Positions 8,788 to 18,072 of a stretch of 64,000 bases of DNA are shown here, piece by piece. Where the stretch lies: the NCBI GenBank assembly GCA_031366855.1, contig JANLPA010000021.1, positions 5,814 to 69,813 of the forward strand, read 5' to 3'. The first letter of the stretch is position 1, and each line of letters starts with the position of its first letter. The stretch is from Hyphomicrobiales bacterium. Its GTDB lineage: Bacteria > Pseudomonadota > Alphaproteobacteria > Rhizobiales > Aestuariivirgaceae. The notes under the pieces were generated by a model. It was not told the origin of the DNA, searched no databases, and was given only the letters and a program-made list of their open reading frames with translations. The translations under genes and the position numbers were made by a program.

Positions 8788-9582
8788 CTATTTTAACAGC
8801 CACTGGTGTTCAGGCGCATTGTGGAATTTCCAAGTGCGCTTGGGGCCGGCCATCACGTTTAGATAATAAAGGTCATAGCCATGCACCGTGGCGCAGGGGT
8901 GATAGCCTTTTGGCACCAAAGTCACATCACCATCTTCAACAGCCATGGCTTCATCTAACTTGCGGTTATCGGTGTAAACGCGTTGGAAGGCAAAGCCTTG
9001 GGGCGGGTTGATGCGGTGATAATAGGTTTCTTCGAGATAAGATTCGCGTGGCAAATTATCTTTGTCGTGCTTGTGCGGTGGATAAGATGAGGTGTTACCA
9101 TTAGGGGTGATCACTTCAACAACCAGAAGACTTTCGGCCAGTGAATCTTGCTCTGGCAAAATGTTGGTCACATGGCGTGTGTTTGAACCCTTGCCTCTGA
9201 TTTCTTGGGAGAGGCCTTCAGGCGGAATGATGCGGGCTGCATGTTTGCCTTTGGCCGGGGCTGAGCACACACCTAAAACCATCTCGGTTGTTGCCGTCAC
9301 TTGCCACTTAACACCAGGTGGCACATAGATCGACCAAGGCTTGCCTTCAAAGGGTGACATTCGATCACCGATTACGCCAAAATCTTTGCCGCCAATGCTC
9401 ACTTTGCCTTTGCCGGAAACGAAAACTAAACAGGTCTCGCGCTTGACTTCGCTGCCTTTGGCAATTTTGCCTTTAGGTGTGTTCCACACATCAAAGCCCA
9501 CATACTTCCACTTGGCGGATTTTGGAGTGACATGGGTGATGCGACCATCACCTTTTTTTGGTTTTACGAGAAGCTTTGACAT
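8788..9582 (-). CDS. iolB: 5-deoxy-glucuronate isomerase
   Basis: SSYPPHKHD, LEETYYHR, VPKGYHP, YYLNVMAGP motifs. Confidence 0.95.
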   Translation of the reverse strand: MSKLLVKPKKGDGRITHVTPKSAKWKYVGFDVWNTPKGKIAKGSEVKRETCLVFVSGKGKVSIGGKDFGVIGDRMSPFEGKPWSIYVPPGVKWQVTATTEMVLGVCSAPAKGKHAARIIPPEGLSQEIRGKGSNTRHVTNILPEQDSLAESLLVVEVITPNGNTSSYPPHKHDKDNLPRESYLEETYYHRINPPQGFAFQRVYTDNRKLDEAMAVEDGDVTLVPKGYHPCATVHGYDLYYLNVMAGPKRTWKFHNAPEHQWLLK

Positions 9583-9592
9583 TTCTTTATTC

Positions 9593-11446
9593 CTAGCGTT
9601 CGCTCTTCAGCGCTTTCACATATTTTTTACGTGCGGCTTGTACCGTTGGGCGATCTGACACTTCGGGCACTGCCACATCCCACCATGACCCTCCAGCATC
9701 AGTTGAGGCCATGGGGTCAGTGTCGATTACAATCACAGTGGTCTTGGTGTTGGTCTTTGATTTTTGAAGTGCGGATTCCAAATCAGCAAGCGATGCAACT
9801 TTTTCAGAAATTGCTCCCATGCTGGCGGCATGAGCAGCAAAATCAATGGCTGGGGAAACATCCTGCTTCACGTTATAATCGAAAAGATTATTGAAGCGCT
9901 CGCCACCTGTGGCGTATTGCAAGCGGTTGATACAGCCGTAACCACGGTTATCGAGCAGCACGACTGTGAGTTTGTGACCCAGCATCACAGATGTTGCGAG
10001 TTCGGAATTGGCCATCATATAAGAGCCATCACCGATCATCACCACGACATTAGCATCAGGCCTCGCCATTTTAATGCCAATGCCGCCGGCAATTTCATAG
10101 CCCATGCAGGAGAAGCCATATTCCATGTGATAAGAACCGGGAACTCCTGCCTGCCAAAGTTTGTGAAGCTCACCGGGCAATCCGCCAGCCGCCCCCATAA
10201 TATGGGCTTCGCTGCCAAGCGCACGTTGAACGGCACCCAGCACTTGTGAGTCTGCAGGGCGATCAACATTGCTGGCTTTGGTGTATTTTTCAGCAAGGGC
10301 AATCCAGCTTAAGCGTTCTTTCTTGGCGCGGGTTGTCCAGACGTTTGGCGCTGTCCAATTGCCAAGGCCTTTGCTGAGATCATCAAGGCCAGTTTTTGCA
10401 TCCGCCACTAACGGAAGAGCGCTGTGTTTGGTGGCATCAAAAACTTGGGTATTAAGGCCGATTATTTTTTTCTTGTCGTTTTTGAAGAGCGACCATGAGC
10501 CTGTGGTGAAATCTTGCAGACGGGTTCCGACTGCTAGAATGACGTCGGCTTCATTGCACAGCACATTTGATGCCGTGGTGCCGCTCACACCCATGCCTCC
10601 CATATTGAGTTCATTCGCAAATGGCAGTGAAGATTTTCCGGCTTGGGTTTCAACAACCGGAATTCCATGCTTGGCTGCGAAGCTTGCAAGCGCTGAAGAT
10701 GCTTCAGAATAGAGAACACCTCCACCAGAAATGATCACGGGTTTCTTGGCATTGTTCAGTGTGAGAATTGCTTGTTCAAGCTCTGCTTCATCGGCGCGCG
10801 GGCGGCGCGTTACCCAGATTTTTTCGGCGAAAAACTCAAGCGGATAATCATAGGCCTCAGCTTGGGTGTCTTGGCACATAGCAAGCGTTACGGGGCCGCA
10901 ATCAACAGGATCAGTCAACACCACCATGGCGCGGTTGAGAGCTGGTATCAGTTGCTCAGGACGCATGATGCGGTCGAAATAGCGTGACACGGGTTTGAAG
11001 CAATCGGTGACGGAGACTGTGCCATCATTAAAGTCTTCAATCTGCTGCAATACCGGGTCAGGTTTGCGGTTGGCAAAAATATCGCCGGGCAAAAGCAACA
11101 CAGGCAAGCGGTTCACATGGGCCACGGCTGCGGCGGTGACCATGTTTAGAGCACCCGGGCCAATTGATGTGGTGACTGCCATCATGCGGCGCCGCGCACT
11201 GGCTTTGGTATAAGCAATGGCGGTGTGCACCATGGTCTGTTCGTTATGTGCACGAAATGTTGGCAATTCTTTACGGGCTGGAAATAAAGCCTCGCCAATG
11301 CCTGCTACATTGCCGTGGCCAAAGATTGCCCACATGCCAGCGAAAATGGGAAGCTTCTTGTCATCAACCATCACCATCTGCTTGGTCATGAATTTGACCA
11401 ATGCTTGTGCGGTGGTCAGTCTAATCGTTTTTTTCAGGTTAAACAC
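9593..11446 (-). CDS. iolD: 3D-(3,5/4)-trihydroxycyclohexane-1,2-dione acylhydrolase (ThDP-dependent)
   Basis: RLTTAQAL, IFGHGNVAGIG, HNEQ, YHMEYGFSCMGYE, GDGS ThDP motif, WWDVAVPEVS. Confidence 0.95.
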   Translation of the reverse strand: MFNLKKTIRLTTAQALVKFMTKQMVMVDDKKLPIFAGMWAIFGHGNVAGIGEALFPARKELPTFRAHNEQTMVHTAIAYTKASARRRMMAVTTSIGPGALNMVTAAAVAHVNRLPVLLLPGDIFANRKPDPVLQQIEDFNDGTVSVTDCFKPVSRYFDRIMRPEQLIPALNRAMVVLTDPVDCGPVTLAMCQDTQAEAYDYPLEFFAEKIWVTRRPRADEAELEQAILTLNNAKKPVIISGGGVLYSEASSALASFAAKHGIPVVETQAGKSSLPFANELNMGGMGVSGTTASNVLCNEADVILAVGTRLQDFTTGSWSLFKNDKKKIIGLNTQVFDATKHSALPLVADAKTGLDDLSKGLGNWTAPNVWTTRAKKERLSWIALAEKYTKASNVDRPADSQVLGAVQRALGSEAHIMGAAGGLPGELHKLWQAGVPGSYHMEYGFSCMGYEIAGGIGIKMARPDANVVVMIGDGSYMMANSELATSVMLGHKLTVVLLDNRGYGCINRLQYATGGERFNNLFDYNVKQDVSPAIDFAAHAASMGAISEKVASLADLESALQKSKTNTKTTVIVIDTDPMASTDAGGSWWDVAVPEVSDRPTVQAARKKYVKALKSER

Positions 11447-13358
11447 TTTGTGCTCCGTTCCAGATTTTCACCAGATTGCCGAATTTCTCGGCCATCATGG
11501 TGACGGCGGCATCATCACTGATGGCACCGCGCAGCCATTCACTTGCTGCTTCATTAAAGATTGTGCGGCCCACTGCAAAGCCCTTTACATATTTTTGTCC
11601 AGCGACGGCTTTGAAGCCCTTGGCCAATTCATCGGCTGGGGCTTCAAGACCTAAAAGCACAATACCACGGCAAAGCGGATCATGGGTGTCAATCACTTTG
11701 CTAATTTCATCCCAAGCTTGGGATGAGCTTTGCGGTTCAAGCTTCCACCAATCAGGCTTAATGCCCAGCGCATAGAGTTCAGTCATAGCGCGGGCAATGG
11801 TGTGATTGTCCACCTTGCCATTTTTGCTGGCAATAATTTCAACGAGAAGTTCGCGGCCCACTTTGCGTGCGGCTTCATAGAGTGTGCGCAGTTTTTGGGC
11901 CTGTTCGGTTTTTAGGTCTTGCGGGTCATCGGGGTGATAGAAGGCCAAGCATTTGATGGTGTGGGTGACAGGCCAATCAACCAGCCTTGCGCCCACATCT
12001 TGCGTGAACTCAAAGCGCAAGGGCCGTGAGCCAGGCTGCTCCAACGGGCGGCCAATCCACAGTCCTAATTTTGCCGCATCAAACATGGCTTCGCGGCCAT
12101 AAGTGTCGTCCAACAAGGTGCCAAAGCCCGGTTTGCCGCCAGACACTTTGCCAATGGCTTGCATGGCAAGGCGCTTGAAGGGGGCAATGCGGGTCCGCGA
12201 TGCGCCCAATTTATCAGCCATGTCTTCCAGTTGTTTGCGGTGGTCAATGGCGAAGGATAGAATTTGATCTGGCTGCTTTCTGCGCGTGGTGGCCCAATGG
12301 ATGTGATTGAGTGCTTCGTCATTTCGTATGGCATGGTGCTTGCTGCCGTTGGTCAAGAAATATTGCAACTCAGTCCAAGTGAGGTATTCCGGCGAGCAGA
12401 GCAGGCGCGACACGGCAAAGGCACCGCAGGCATTGGCCCAGGTGGCGCAAGTCTCAAAGCTTTCGCCTTTCAACCACCCGCGCAAAAAGCCCGACATAAA
12501 CGCATCGCCCGCACCTAAAACATTATAGACTTCGATAGGAAAGCCCGTTCCGACAATTCCTTCATCTAATGATGAAGGAATTGTCTCTGGGTAAACCACA
12601 CAGCCCATGGGCCCGCGTTTTAAAACAATGGTGCCCTTGGAATAAGAGCGGATTTTGCGCAAGGCTTCGAGCGTATCTTCGCTGCCGCCCGCAATGTGAA
12701 CTTCTTCTTCGGTGCCGACGATCAAATCACAATCGGCGAGAATGGATTGTAAGTGGGCGGTTACTTTATCAGACTTGATGTAGCGTTCTTCGCCAGCGGC
12801 ATGGCCAGCGAGGCCCCAGAGATTTGGGCGGTAGTCAATATCAATAATAATTTTGCGTCCGTGTTTTTTGGCAATGGCCATGGCTTTGCGTTGGGCTGCG
12901 TCAGTGTTGGCTTTGGCAAAATGCGTGCCAGTTACGAGAAGTGCGCCAGCCGAGAGAATGAATTTCTCATCAACATCTGACTCGTCCAAGGCGCTGTCTG
13001 CACAATTATCACGGTAAAAAATCAGAGGGAAGGTTTTGTCGTTTTCAACACTCAAGAGAACCAGTGCCGTGAGGCGCTGTTTATCGGTGGTAATGCCTTG
13101 AGTTGCGACACCTTCGCGGGCCATTTGCTCCAATACAAAGCGACCCATCTGCTCATCACCTACTCTGGTGATCAGGCCGGATTTCAGGCCCAATCGGGCT
13201 GTGCCTATTGCGATGTTCGAGGGTGAACCGCCCACTGATTTGGCGAAAGACGCAACATCCTCCAACCTTGCGCCAATTTGCTGGCCATAAAGATCAACCG
13301 AGCAACGGCCCATGGTAATTACGTCCAATGCGTTTACAGCGCCATTTTGTGACGTCAT
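11439..13358 (-). CDS. iolC: 5-dehydro-2-deoxygluconokinase fused to a DUF2090 aldolase domain
   Basis: PfkB N-terminus (MGRCSVDLYGQQ, NVLGAGDAF); C-terminal AIDHR, PDWWKLEP, GFAVGRTIF; 639 aa. Confidence 0.95.
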   Translation of the reverse strand: MTSQNGAVNALDVITMGRCSVDLYGQQIGARLEDVASFAKSVGGSPSNIAIGTARLGLKSGLITRVGDEQMGRFVLEQMAREGVATQGITTDKQRLTALVLLSVENDKTFPLIFYRDNCADSALDESDVDEKFILSAGALLVTGTHFAKANTDAAQRKAMAIAKKHGRKIIIDIDYRPNLWGLAGHAAGEERYIKSDKVTAHLQSILADCDLIVGTEEEVHIAGGSEDTLEALRKIRSYSKGTIVLKRGPMGCVVYPETIPSSLDEGIVGTGFPIEVYNVLGAGDAFMSGFLRGWLKGESFETCATWANACGAFAVSRLLCSPEYLTWTELQYFLTNGSKHHAIRNDEALNHIHWATTRRKQPDQILSFAIDHRKQLEDMADKLGASRTRIAPFKRLAMQAIGKVSGGKPGFGTLLDDTYGREAMFDAAKLGLWIGRPLEQPGSRPLRFEFTQDVGARLVDWPVTHTIKCLAFYHPDDPQDLKTEQAQKLRTLYEAARKVGRELLVEIIASKNGKVDNHTIARAMTELYALGIKPDWWKLEPQSSSQAWDEISKVIDTHDPLCRGIVLLGLEAPADELAKGFKAVAGQKYVKGFAVGRTIFNEAASEWLRGAISDDAAVTMMAEKFGNLVKIWNGAQSV

Positions 13359-13390
13359 GGGAGACTCCTAAAGGGTAAATTCCATGAATA

Positions 13391-13435
13391 TGAAACGCCA
13401 ATTCCATTTTTAAGTCAAGATAGAATGTTTGTTCC
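13391..13435 (-). promoter_or_regulatory. Two IolR-like operators flanking a CTTGAC -35 box upstream of iolC
   Basis: Minus strand reads GGAACAAACATTCTA (13435-13421) and TGGAATTGGCGTTTCA (13406-13391), resembling the GGAA-N6-TTCC IolR site; CTTGAC lies between them. Confidence 0.65.
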
Positions 13436-13438
13436 GTT

Positions 13439-14275
13439 TCAGGTTTTTGGGTTACTGCGGCGTTCTGCAACAGCCACCGTGAGGGTCATGGCCAGCGAAA
13501 GCGTTGCCGCCATGGAGCGAAAACCTTCAAAATTGGCTTCCGTTACCTCAAACCAAGTTTTGGCGAGCGGAGCCAAGGGAGAAAACGGCGAATCGGTGAT
13601 GGCGATGATGGGAATCTGCTTGGCGGCGGCTGCTTGGGTGAGAGATATGGTTTCAGACGCATAGGGAGTGAAACTGATGGCCAGCACCACATCTTTTTTG
13701 CCAGCAAAACTCACATCCTCTTGCGCAAGGCCGCCCATGGCACCCACCAAATGATTGCGAATGCCCAGTTTTCCAAAAGCGTAGGACATATAGGTTGTGA
13801 TGGGGAAGGAGCGGCGCAGGCCAATCAGATAAATGGTCTCAGCACGGGCCAGAGTTTCAACGGCCTCTTCCAATTTGGCGGGGTCAAGTTTTTCGCGCAA
13901 ATCGGCCAATGATTTTTCAGCGGCTTCACTAAAACCACCAAAGATCACGGTGGCTTTGGTGGCGTTCAGATCATGCTGGCGCAAATGCTCAAGGCGCTCA
14001 TCATAATTCAAAATCCGGTCGCGCAGCCGCGAACGGAAAACGTCTTGCAGGTCGGAAAAGCCTTGATAGCCAAAGCTTTGGGCAAAGCGCACCAATGTTG
14101 AAGGCTGCACATTGGCGGCAAGGGCTATGGAGGCCACGGTACCAAAGGCAATTTCATCTGGATTTTCAATGGCATAGCTTGCCACTTGGGTGAGCCTGCG
14201 GGGCAGTTCAGCCGCCCGTTCCACAATGCGGGTTTTTAAGCTGGCAAAATCTCTGGGTGTTTCGGCTGCGGTCAT
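13439..14275 (-). CDS. iolR: MurR/RpiR-family regulator of inositol catabolism
   Basis: HTH (VQPSTLVRFAQSFGYQGFSDLQ) plus SIS domain (GLRRSFP, ISFTPYASET, ITDSPFSPL); directly upstream of iolC. Confidence 0.9.
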   Translation of the reverse strand: MTAAETPRDFASLKTRIVERAAELPRRLTQVASYAIENPDEIAFGTVASIALAANVQPSTLVRFAQSFGYQGFSDLQDVFRSRLRDRILNYDERLEHLRQHDLNATKATVIFGGFSEAAEKSLADLREKLDPAKLEEAVETLARAETIYLIGLRRSFPITTYMSYAFGKLGIRNHLVGAMGGLAQEDVSFAGKKDVVLAISFTPYASETISLTQAAAAKQIPIIAITDSPFSPLAPLAKTWFEVTEANFEGFRSMAATLSLAMTLTVAVAERRSNPKT

Positions 14276-14316
14276 TCGGTTACTAAAACACAGAGTCGTT
14301 TCGCTGCCAAGAAAAT

Positions 14317-14378
14317 TGGAATAGATATTCTATGATGAAATATATAGGCTTTAAAACCTTAAATAGAAATCAATTCTA
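14317..14378. promoter_or_regulatory. IolR-like operators upstream of iolR (autoregulation)
   Basis: TGGAATAGATATTCTA (14317-14332) and TAGAAATCAATTCTA (14364-14378), same pattern as the sites before iolC. Confidence 0.55.
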
Positions 14379-14519
14379 AGGCCTCTAAGGGGCCGCTAGA
14401 GCGAGATTTGCAATGAGGGCTAGGGGTGTGTAGCGGGGAGGCCATGGAATGGGCCGTATGAGGCTTAAAATAGGATTAAAGGCATAGATTGGGGCATGCT
14501 AACCCGATAGCTCCGCTCA

Positions 14520-14630
14520 TGGCCGATGCTTCGAGGCTCTTCGCTGCGCTCCGAGCGCCTCAGCATGAGGGAGGTGAAAAAGCTCCCTCGCCCTGAGGTG
14601 CCGTGGAACACGGCCTCGAAGGGTCGGTCA
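14520..14630. repeat. Composite palindromic REP/RIME-like element, copy 1
   Basis: GATGCTTCGAGGCTC...CCTCAGCATGAGGG followed by CCCTCGCCCTGAGGTGC...GCCTCGAAGGGT; both halves recur at 47224-47327. Confidence 0.8.
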
Positions 14631-14633
14631 GGT

Positions 14634-16289
14634 TTAGCCTTCATCAAAACCCCTGGCTCTGAATGGCCTGCGCCTTGCGGTGTTGACAGCGGGCAATGCA
14701 CTTTCGTCTCCGCCTGAAAGGGCGCGTTTTAGTTTTCGTAAAATTGCAGCACGGTCTTTGTCAGTGGCGGCATTTTTGAGGGTGTCTTGCAAATCCATGA
14801 TCAGGCTTTGCGTATCATTGTGCCAATCAGGTGTGGCAACAGCATCAAGTTCTATGCGCGGTATGGATTCGCCTGCGATCAATGTGGCGGCAGCGCTTGT
14901 GAGATCATAGGTTTCATCCAAAGCCGGGCGGATGATTTTGGCTTGTGGCACAACATCCCTTAAATCTTGGATCATGGCTAATTGGCCCTCTTCTTCGCCA
15001 TGGGTGAGGAAAAGGTTTTTGGCGATGGGCAGACGCTCCTTCACCCACTGCACCAGTTCTGGCCCATCAGCATGGCCGGAATAATCTTCAATGCGGCGGA
15101 TGGTTGCGGCCACGGCCACTTGCTGGCCCATGATGCGCACATTCTTTTCACCTTGCTCCAACATGGAACCGAGTGAACCTCCTGCTTGGAAGCCCACCAG
15201 CAACACCGTGGTGGATTTTTGCCAAAGATGGTTCATCAGGTGGTTGCGAATGCGGCCAGCTTCACACATGCCCGAAGCTGCAATGATAATATGAAAGCCA
15301 GAATAAGTTCGGAGAGCCTTGCTTTCATCAACAGACTCAGTGGCTTTCACTAAAGGCGAGGCAAAGGCTTTTGCGAGGTCTTCACCATTTTCAAATTCGC
15401 GGGCGTGGTTGCGGAAAATCTCAGTGGCTTTATTGGCCAATGGCGAATCAATGAAGATATTGGCTTCGGGCGCTAATTTATGATCCATCAGATAAACCAG
15501 ATCAGTAACCACTTCCTGAGTGCGCTCCACTGCAAAGGATGGAATGAGCATGACACCGCCACGGGCCTTAGCATCTTTCAATTCATTGGCCAGAATTTCA
15601 CGGCGCTTTTCTAAGCTGCGCTCGAAACGATCGCGGCCACCATAAGTGGATTCGCAGATCACATAATCCCACACTGTTGGGGCTTCTGGGTCTTGCTCCA
15701 GCAATTTATTGTCAGGGCCAATGTCGCCGGAGAATAAGATGCGCGTAGGCTTCCCACCTGCTTGTTCGATTTCAACTTCGATAGAAGCTGATCCCAATAA
15801 ATGTCCGGCATTCCAAAATTTGGCGCGAATGCCTTTGGCCGGGCTCATCCAGGTTTCATAATCTACAGGGGAGAAATGTTTGAGAGCGGCCATCGCATCT
15901 AAGAGGGTGTAGATAGGTTCAACGGGATCAAGCCCACGCTTGGCATTGCGCTTGTTAAGTTGCTCCACATCAGATTCTTGAATGTGGCCGGAGTCCGGCA
16001 ACATGATTTGGCAGAGATCAATTGTTGAAGGCGTGCAATGGATTTTACCCTTGAAGCCACGGTTGGTGAGCTTTGGAATAACACCCGTATGATCAATGTG
16101 GGCGTGGGTTAAAAGCATGGCATCGATTGTGGTTGGGTCAAACGGAAATTCGCGGTAATTAAGCGCACTCATGGTTTTGGAACCCTGAAACATGCCGCAA
16201 TCGACAATAACTTTGGCATCATCGGTTTCTATTAAGTAGCACGAGCCAGTGACAGTGCGGGCGGCACCGCAGAATTTGATTTTAAGCAT
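14634..16289 (-). CDS. MBL-fold beta-CASP ribonuclease (YSH1/CPSF-like)
   Basis: GAARTVTGS, DCG, THAHIDH, AGHLLGS, FSGD, ESTYG, SGM, YSGHAD; start 16289 with GGAG RBS. Confidence 0.9.
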   Translation of the reverse strand: MLKIKFCGAARTVTGSCYLIETDDAKVIVDCGMFQGSKTMSALNYREFPFDPTTIDAMLLTHAHIDHTGVIPKLTNRGFKGKIHCTPSTIDLCQIMLPDSGHIQESDVEQLNKRNAKRGLDPVEPIYTLLDAMAALKHFSPVDYETWMSPAKGIRAKFWNAGHLLGSASIEVEIEQAGGKPTRILFSGDIGPDNKLLEQDPEAPTVWDYVICESTYGGRDRFERSLEKRREILANELKDAKARGGVMLIPSFAVERTQEVVTDLVYLMDHKLAPEANIFIDSPLANKATEIFRNHAREFENGEDLAKAFASPLVKATESVDESKALRTYSGFHIIIAASGMCEAGRIRNHLMNHLWQKSTTVLLVGFQAGGSLGSMLEQGEKNVRIMGQQVAVAATIRRIEDYSGHADGPELVQWVKERLPIAKNLFLTHGEEEGQLAMIQDLRDVVPQAKIIRPALDETYDLTSAAATLIAGESIPRIELDAVATPDWHNDTQSLIMDLQDTLKNAATDKDRAAILRKLKRALSGGDESALPAVNTARRRPFRARGFDEG

Positions 16290-16293
16290 CAGC

Positions 16294-17049
16294 TTACTCC
16301 TTGGGAATGTGCAAGCCGCGCTCGACAAGGGCGCTCCAAGCTTGTTCGGGTGTGTCGGCGAAGGTGAATAATTTGAGATCGTTTGGGTTGATCAATTTCT
16401 CTTTGGCGAAATGCTCAAAATTAATGGCCGAGGTCCAGAAGTTTTTATCAAACAGAACCACAGGCAAAGGCTTGGTCATTTTTCCAGTTTGGCGCAAGGT
16501 GAGCAACTCAAACAATTCATCCAAAGTGCCAAAGCCCCCCGGGAACACCACAAGCGCCGCAGCGCGCATGGCAAAGTGCATTTTGCGCATGGCGAAATAA
16601 TGGAAGCGGAAAGTGAGTTCTGGTGTGGAGAAGGGGTTTGGCTCCTGCTCCATGGGCAAAGTGATATTATAGCCAATGGACTTTGCTTTGGCATCATAAG
16701 CGCCGCGATTGGCGGCTTCCATAATGCCGGGGCCACCGCCGGTTGCGATCACATTGTGGCGCGCCGTTTTATTGTTGAGCTTTGCACCGCTTCTCTCAGA
16801 TGAAAGTTTCGCAAAGGCTCTGGCTTTTTCATACCAACCATTTACATCGCCTTCTTTGACGCGGGCTGAACCGAAGACCACAATGGTTGATTCAATGTGC
16901 AGGCTCCGCAAAGATTCTTCGGCCTTTTGATATTCCAGTTGGAACCTGATGCCTCGCGTGGAATCGCCCAGCAGGAAATCTCGGTCTAGGGCCGGAAGGC
17001 GAAAGGCACTGGCGGCCATTTGCGGCTTATTCGATGGGCGGTCGGGCAA
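16294..17049 (-). CDS. LOG-family nucleotide monophosphate nucleosidase
   Basis: VFGSAR, TGGGPGIMEAANRGA, EQEPNP, FAMRK, PGGFGTLDE. Confidence 0.9.
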   Translation of the reverse strand: MPDRPSNKPQMAASAFRLPALDRDFLLGDSTRGIRFQLEYQKAEESLRSLHIESTIVVFGSARVKEGDVNGWYEKARAFAKLSSERSGAKLNNKTARHNVIATGGGPGIMEAANRGAYDAKAKSIGYNITLPMEQEPNPFSTPELTFRFHYFAMRKMHFAMRAAALVVFPGGFGTLDELFELLTLRQTGKMTKPLPVVLFDKNFWTSAINFEHFAKEKLINPNDLKLFTFADTPEQAWSALVERGLHIPKE

Positions 17050-17148
17050 TCGCGAATCCTCATTTTTAACTATAAATCAGGGGTAAGCTTAACATCTCTT
17101 GTAATCAAGTGAAGTCTAAGTCAGGTTTACGTGAGTGAGGAGTTGAAC

Positions 17149-17961
17149 ATGACGTTTGCAGAAAATTTTTTGGTGAAGCCCGGCAAAACGGTTGATCTAT
17201 CAAAATATGATCCGCGTGACTTGGGCGATTTCAAGGACAAAGATAAAATTAAAGAACAAACCCAAAAAGACTCTGAGGCCATCGATGCGCTTCAGAACAT
17301 TCTTTATGCCGAGGGAAAACGCGCCCTTTTGGTGGTGATTCAGGGCATAGATAGTTCTGGCAAGGATGGCACAGTGCGGGCGGTGTTTAACACTTGCGGC
17401 CCCATTGGCGTTGTGATGACATCTTATAAAGGGCCCACACCTGATGAGCTGGTGCATGATTATTTATGGCGTATTCACAAAGCTTGCCCACCACGGGGTA
17501 TGATTGGGATTTTCAATCGCTCGCATTATGAAGATGTTCTGGTGGCCAAAGTGAAAAAATTTGCACCGCCAGAGGTGATTGAACAGCGCTATGAGCAGAT
17601 CAATCAATTTGAAAAAATGCTTTCTGAGAATGGCACCAAGGTTCTCAAGTTCATGCTCAATCTTTCCAAGGCTGAGCAAGCGGTGCGCCTGCAAGAGCGC
17701 GTTGATGACCCAACTAAACGCTGGAAGTTTAATCCCGGTGATTTAGAGGATCGGGCTTTATGGGATGAGTATATGAAAGCATATGAGGCTGCCCTTACAA
17801 ATTGCTCAACTAAGCATGCCCCTTGGCATATTATTCCAGCCGACCGAAACTGGGTGCGCAATGGCGTTATTGCGCGAATTGTGCGTGAGACTTTGGAAGA
17901 GATGGATCCTAAATTCCCCGAACCAAAGGGCTGGGACGCTAAATTTATTAAGATTATTTAA
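17149..17961 (+). CDS. ppk2: Polyphosphate kinase 2 (class III-like)
   Basis: QGIDSSGKDG Walker A, HDYLWR, FNRSHYEDVL, KRWKF, APWHIIPAD; ATG 17149 after GAGGAG. Confidence 0.9.
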   Translation: MTFAENFLVKPGKTVDLSKYDPRDLGDFKDKDKIKEQTQKDSEAIDALQNILYAEGKRALLVVIQGIDSSGKDGTVRAVFNTCGPIGVVMTSYKGPTPDELVHDYLWRIHKACPPRGMIGIFNRSHYEDVLVAKVKKFAPPEVIEQRYEQINQFEKMLSENGTKVLKFMLNLSKAEQAVRLQERVDDPTKRWKFNPGDLEDRALWDEYMKAYEAALTNCSTKHAPWHIIPADRNWVRNGVIARIVRETLEEMDPKFPEPKGWDAKFIKII

Positions 17962-18072
17962 GGCTTCTCCTTGCACCCTTGGGTTGAAAATCCTTCATCT
18001 TTGCCAGCCGGCAGACATTATTTGGGTTTTGAGCTTTCAAATTTTGGCCTGTGACTCATTTTAGCAAATAAA

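Noticed and set aside
14465-14717. Short ORFs across the palindromic repeat
   Set aside because: They are explained by the GC-rich repeat and show no protein features.
14634-17049. MBL protein as a beta-lactamase, or LOG/MBL as an anti-phage or cytokinin system
   Set aside because: Motifs are those of beta-CASP nucleases and classical LOG; there is no signal peptide and no TIR, Sir2, effector or ipt gene nearby.
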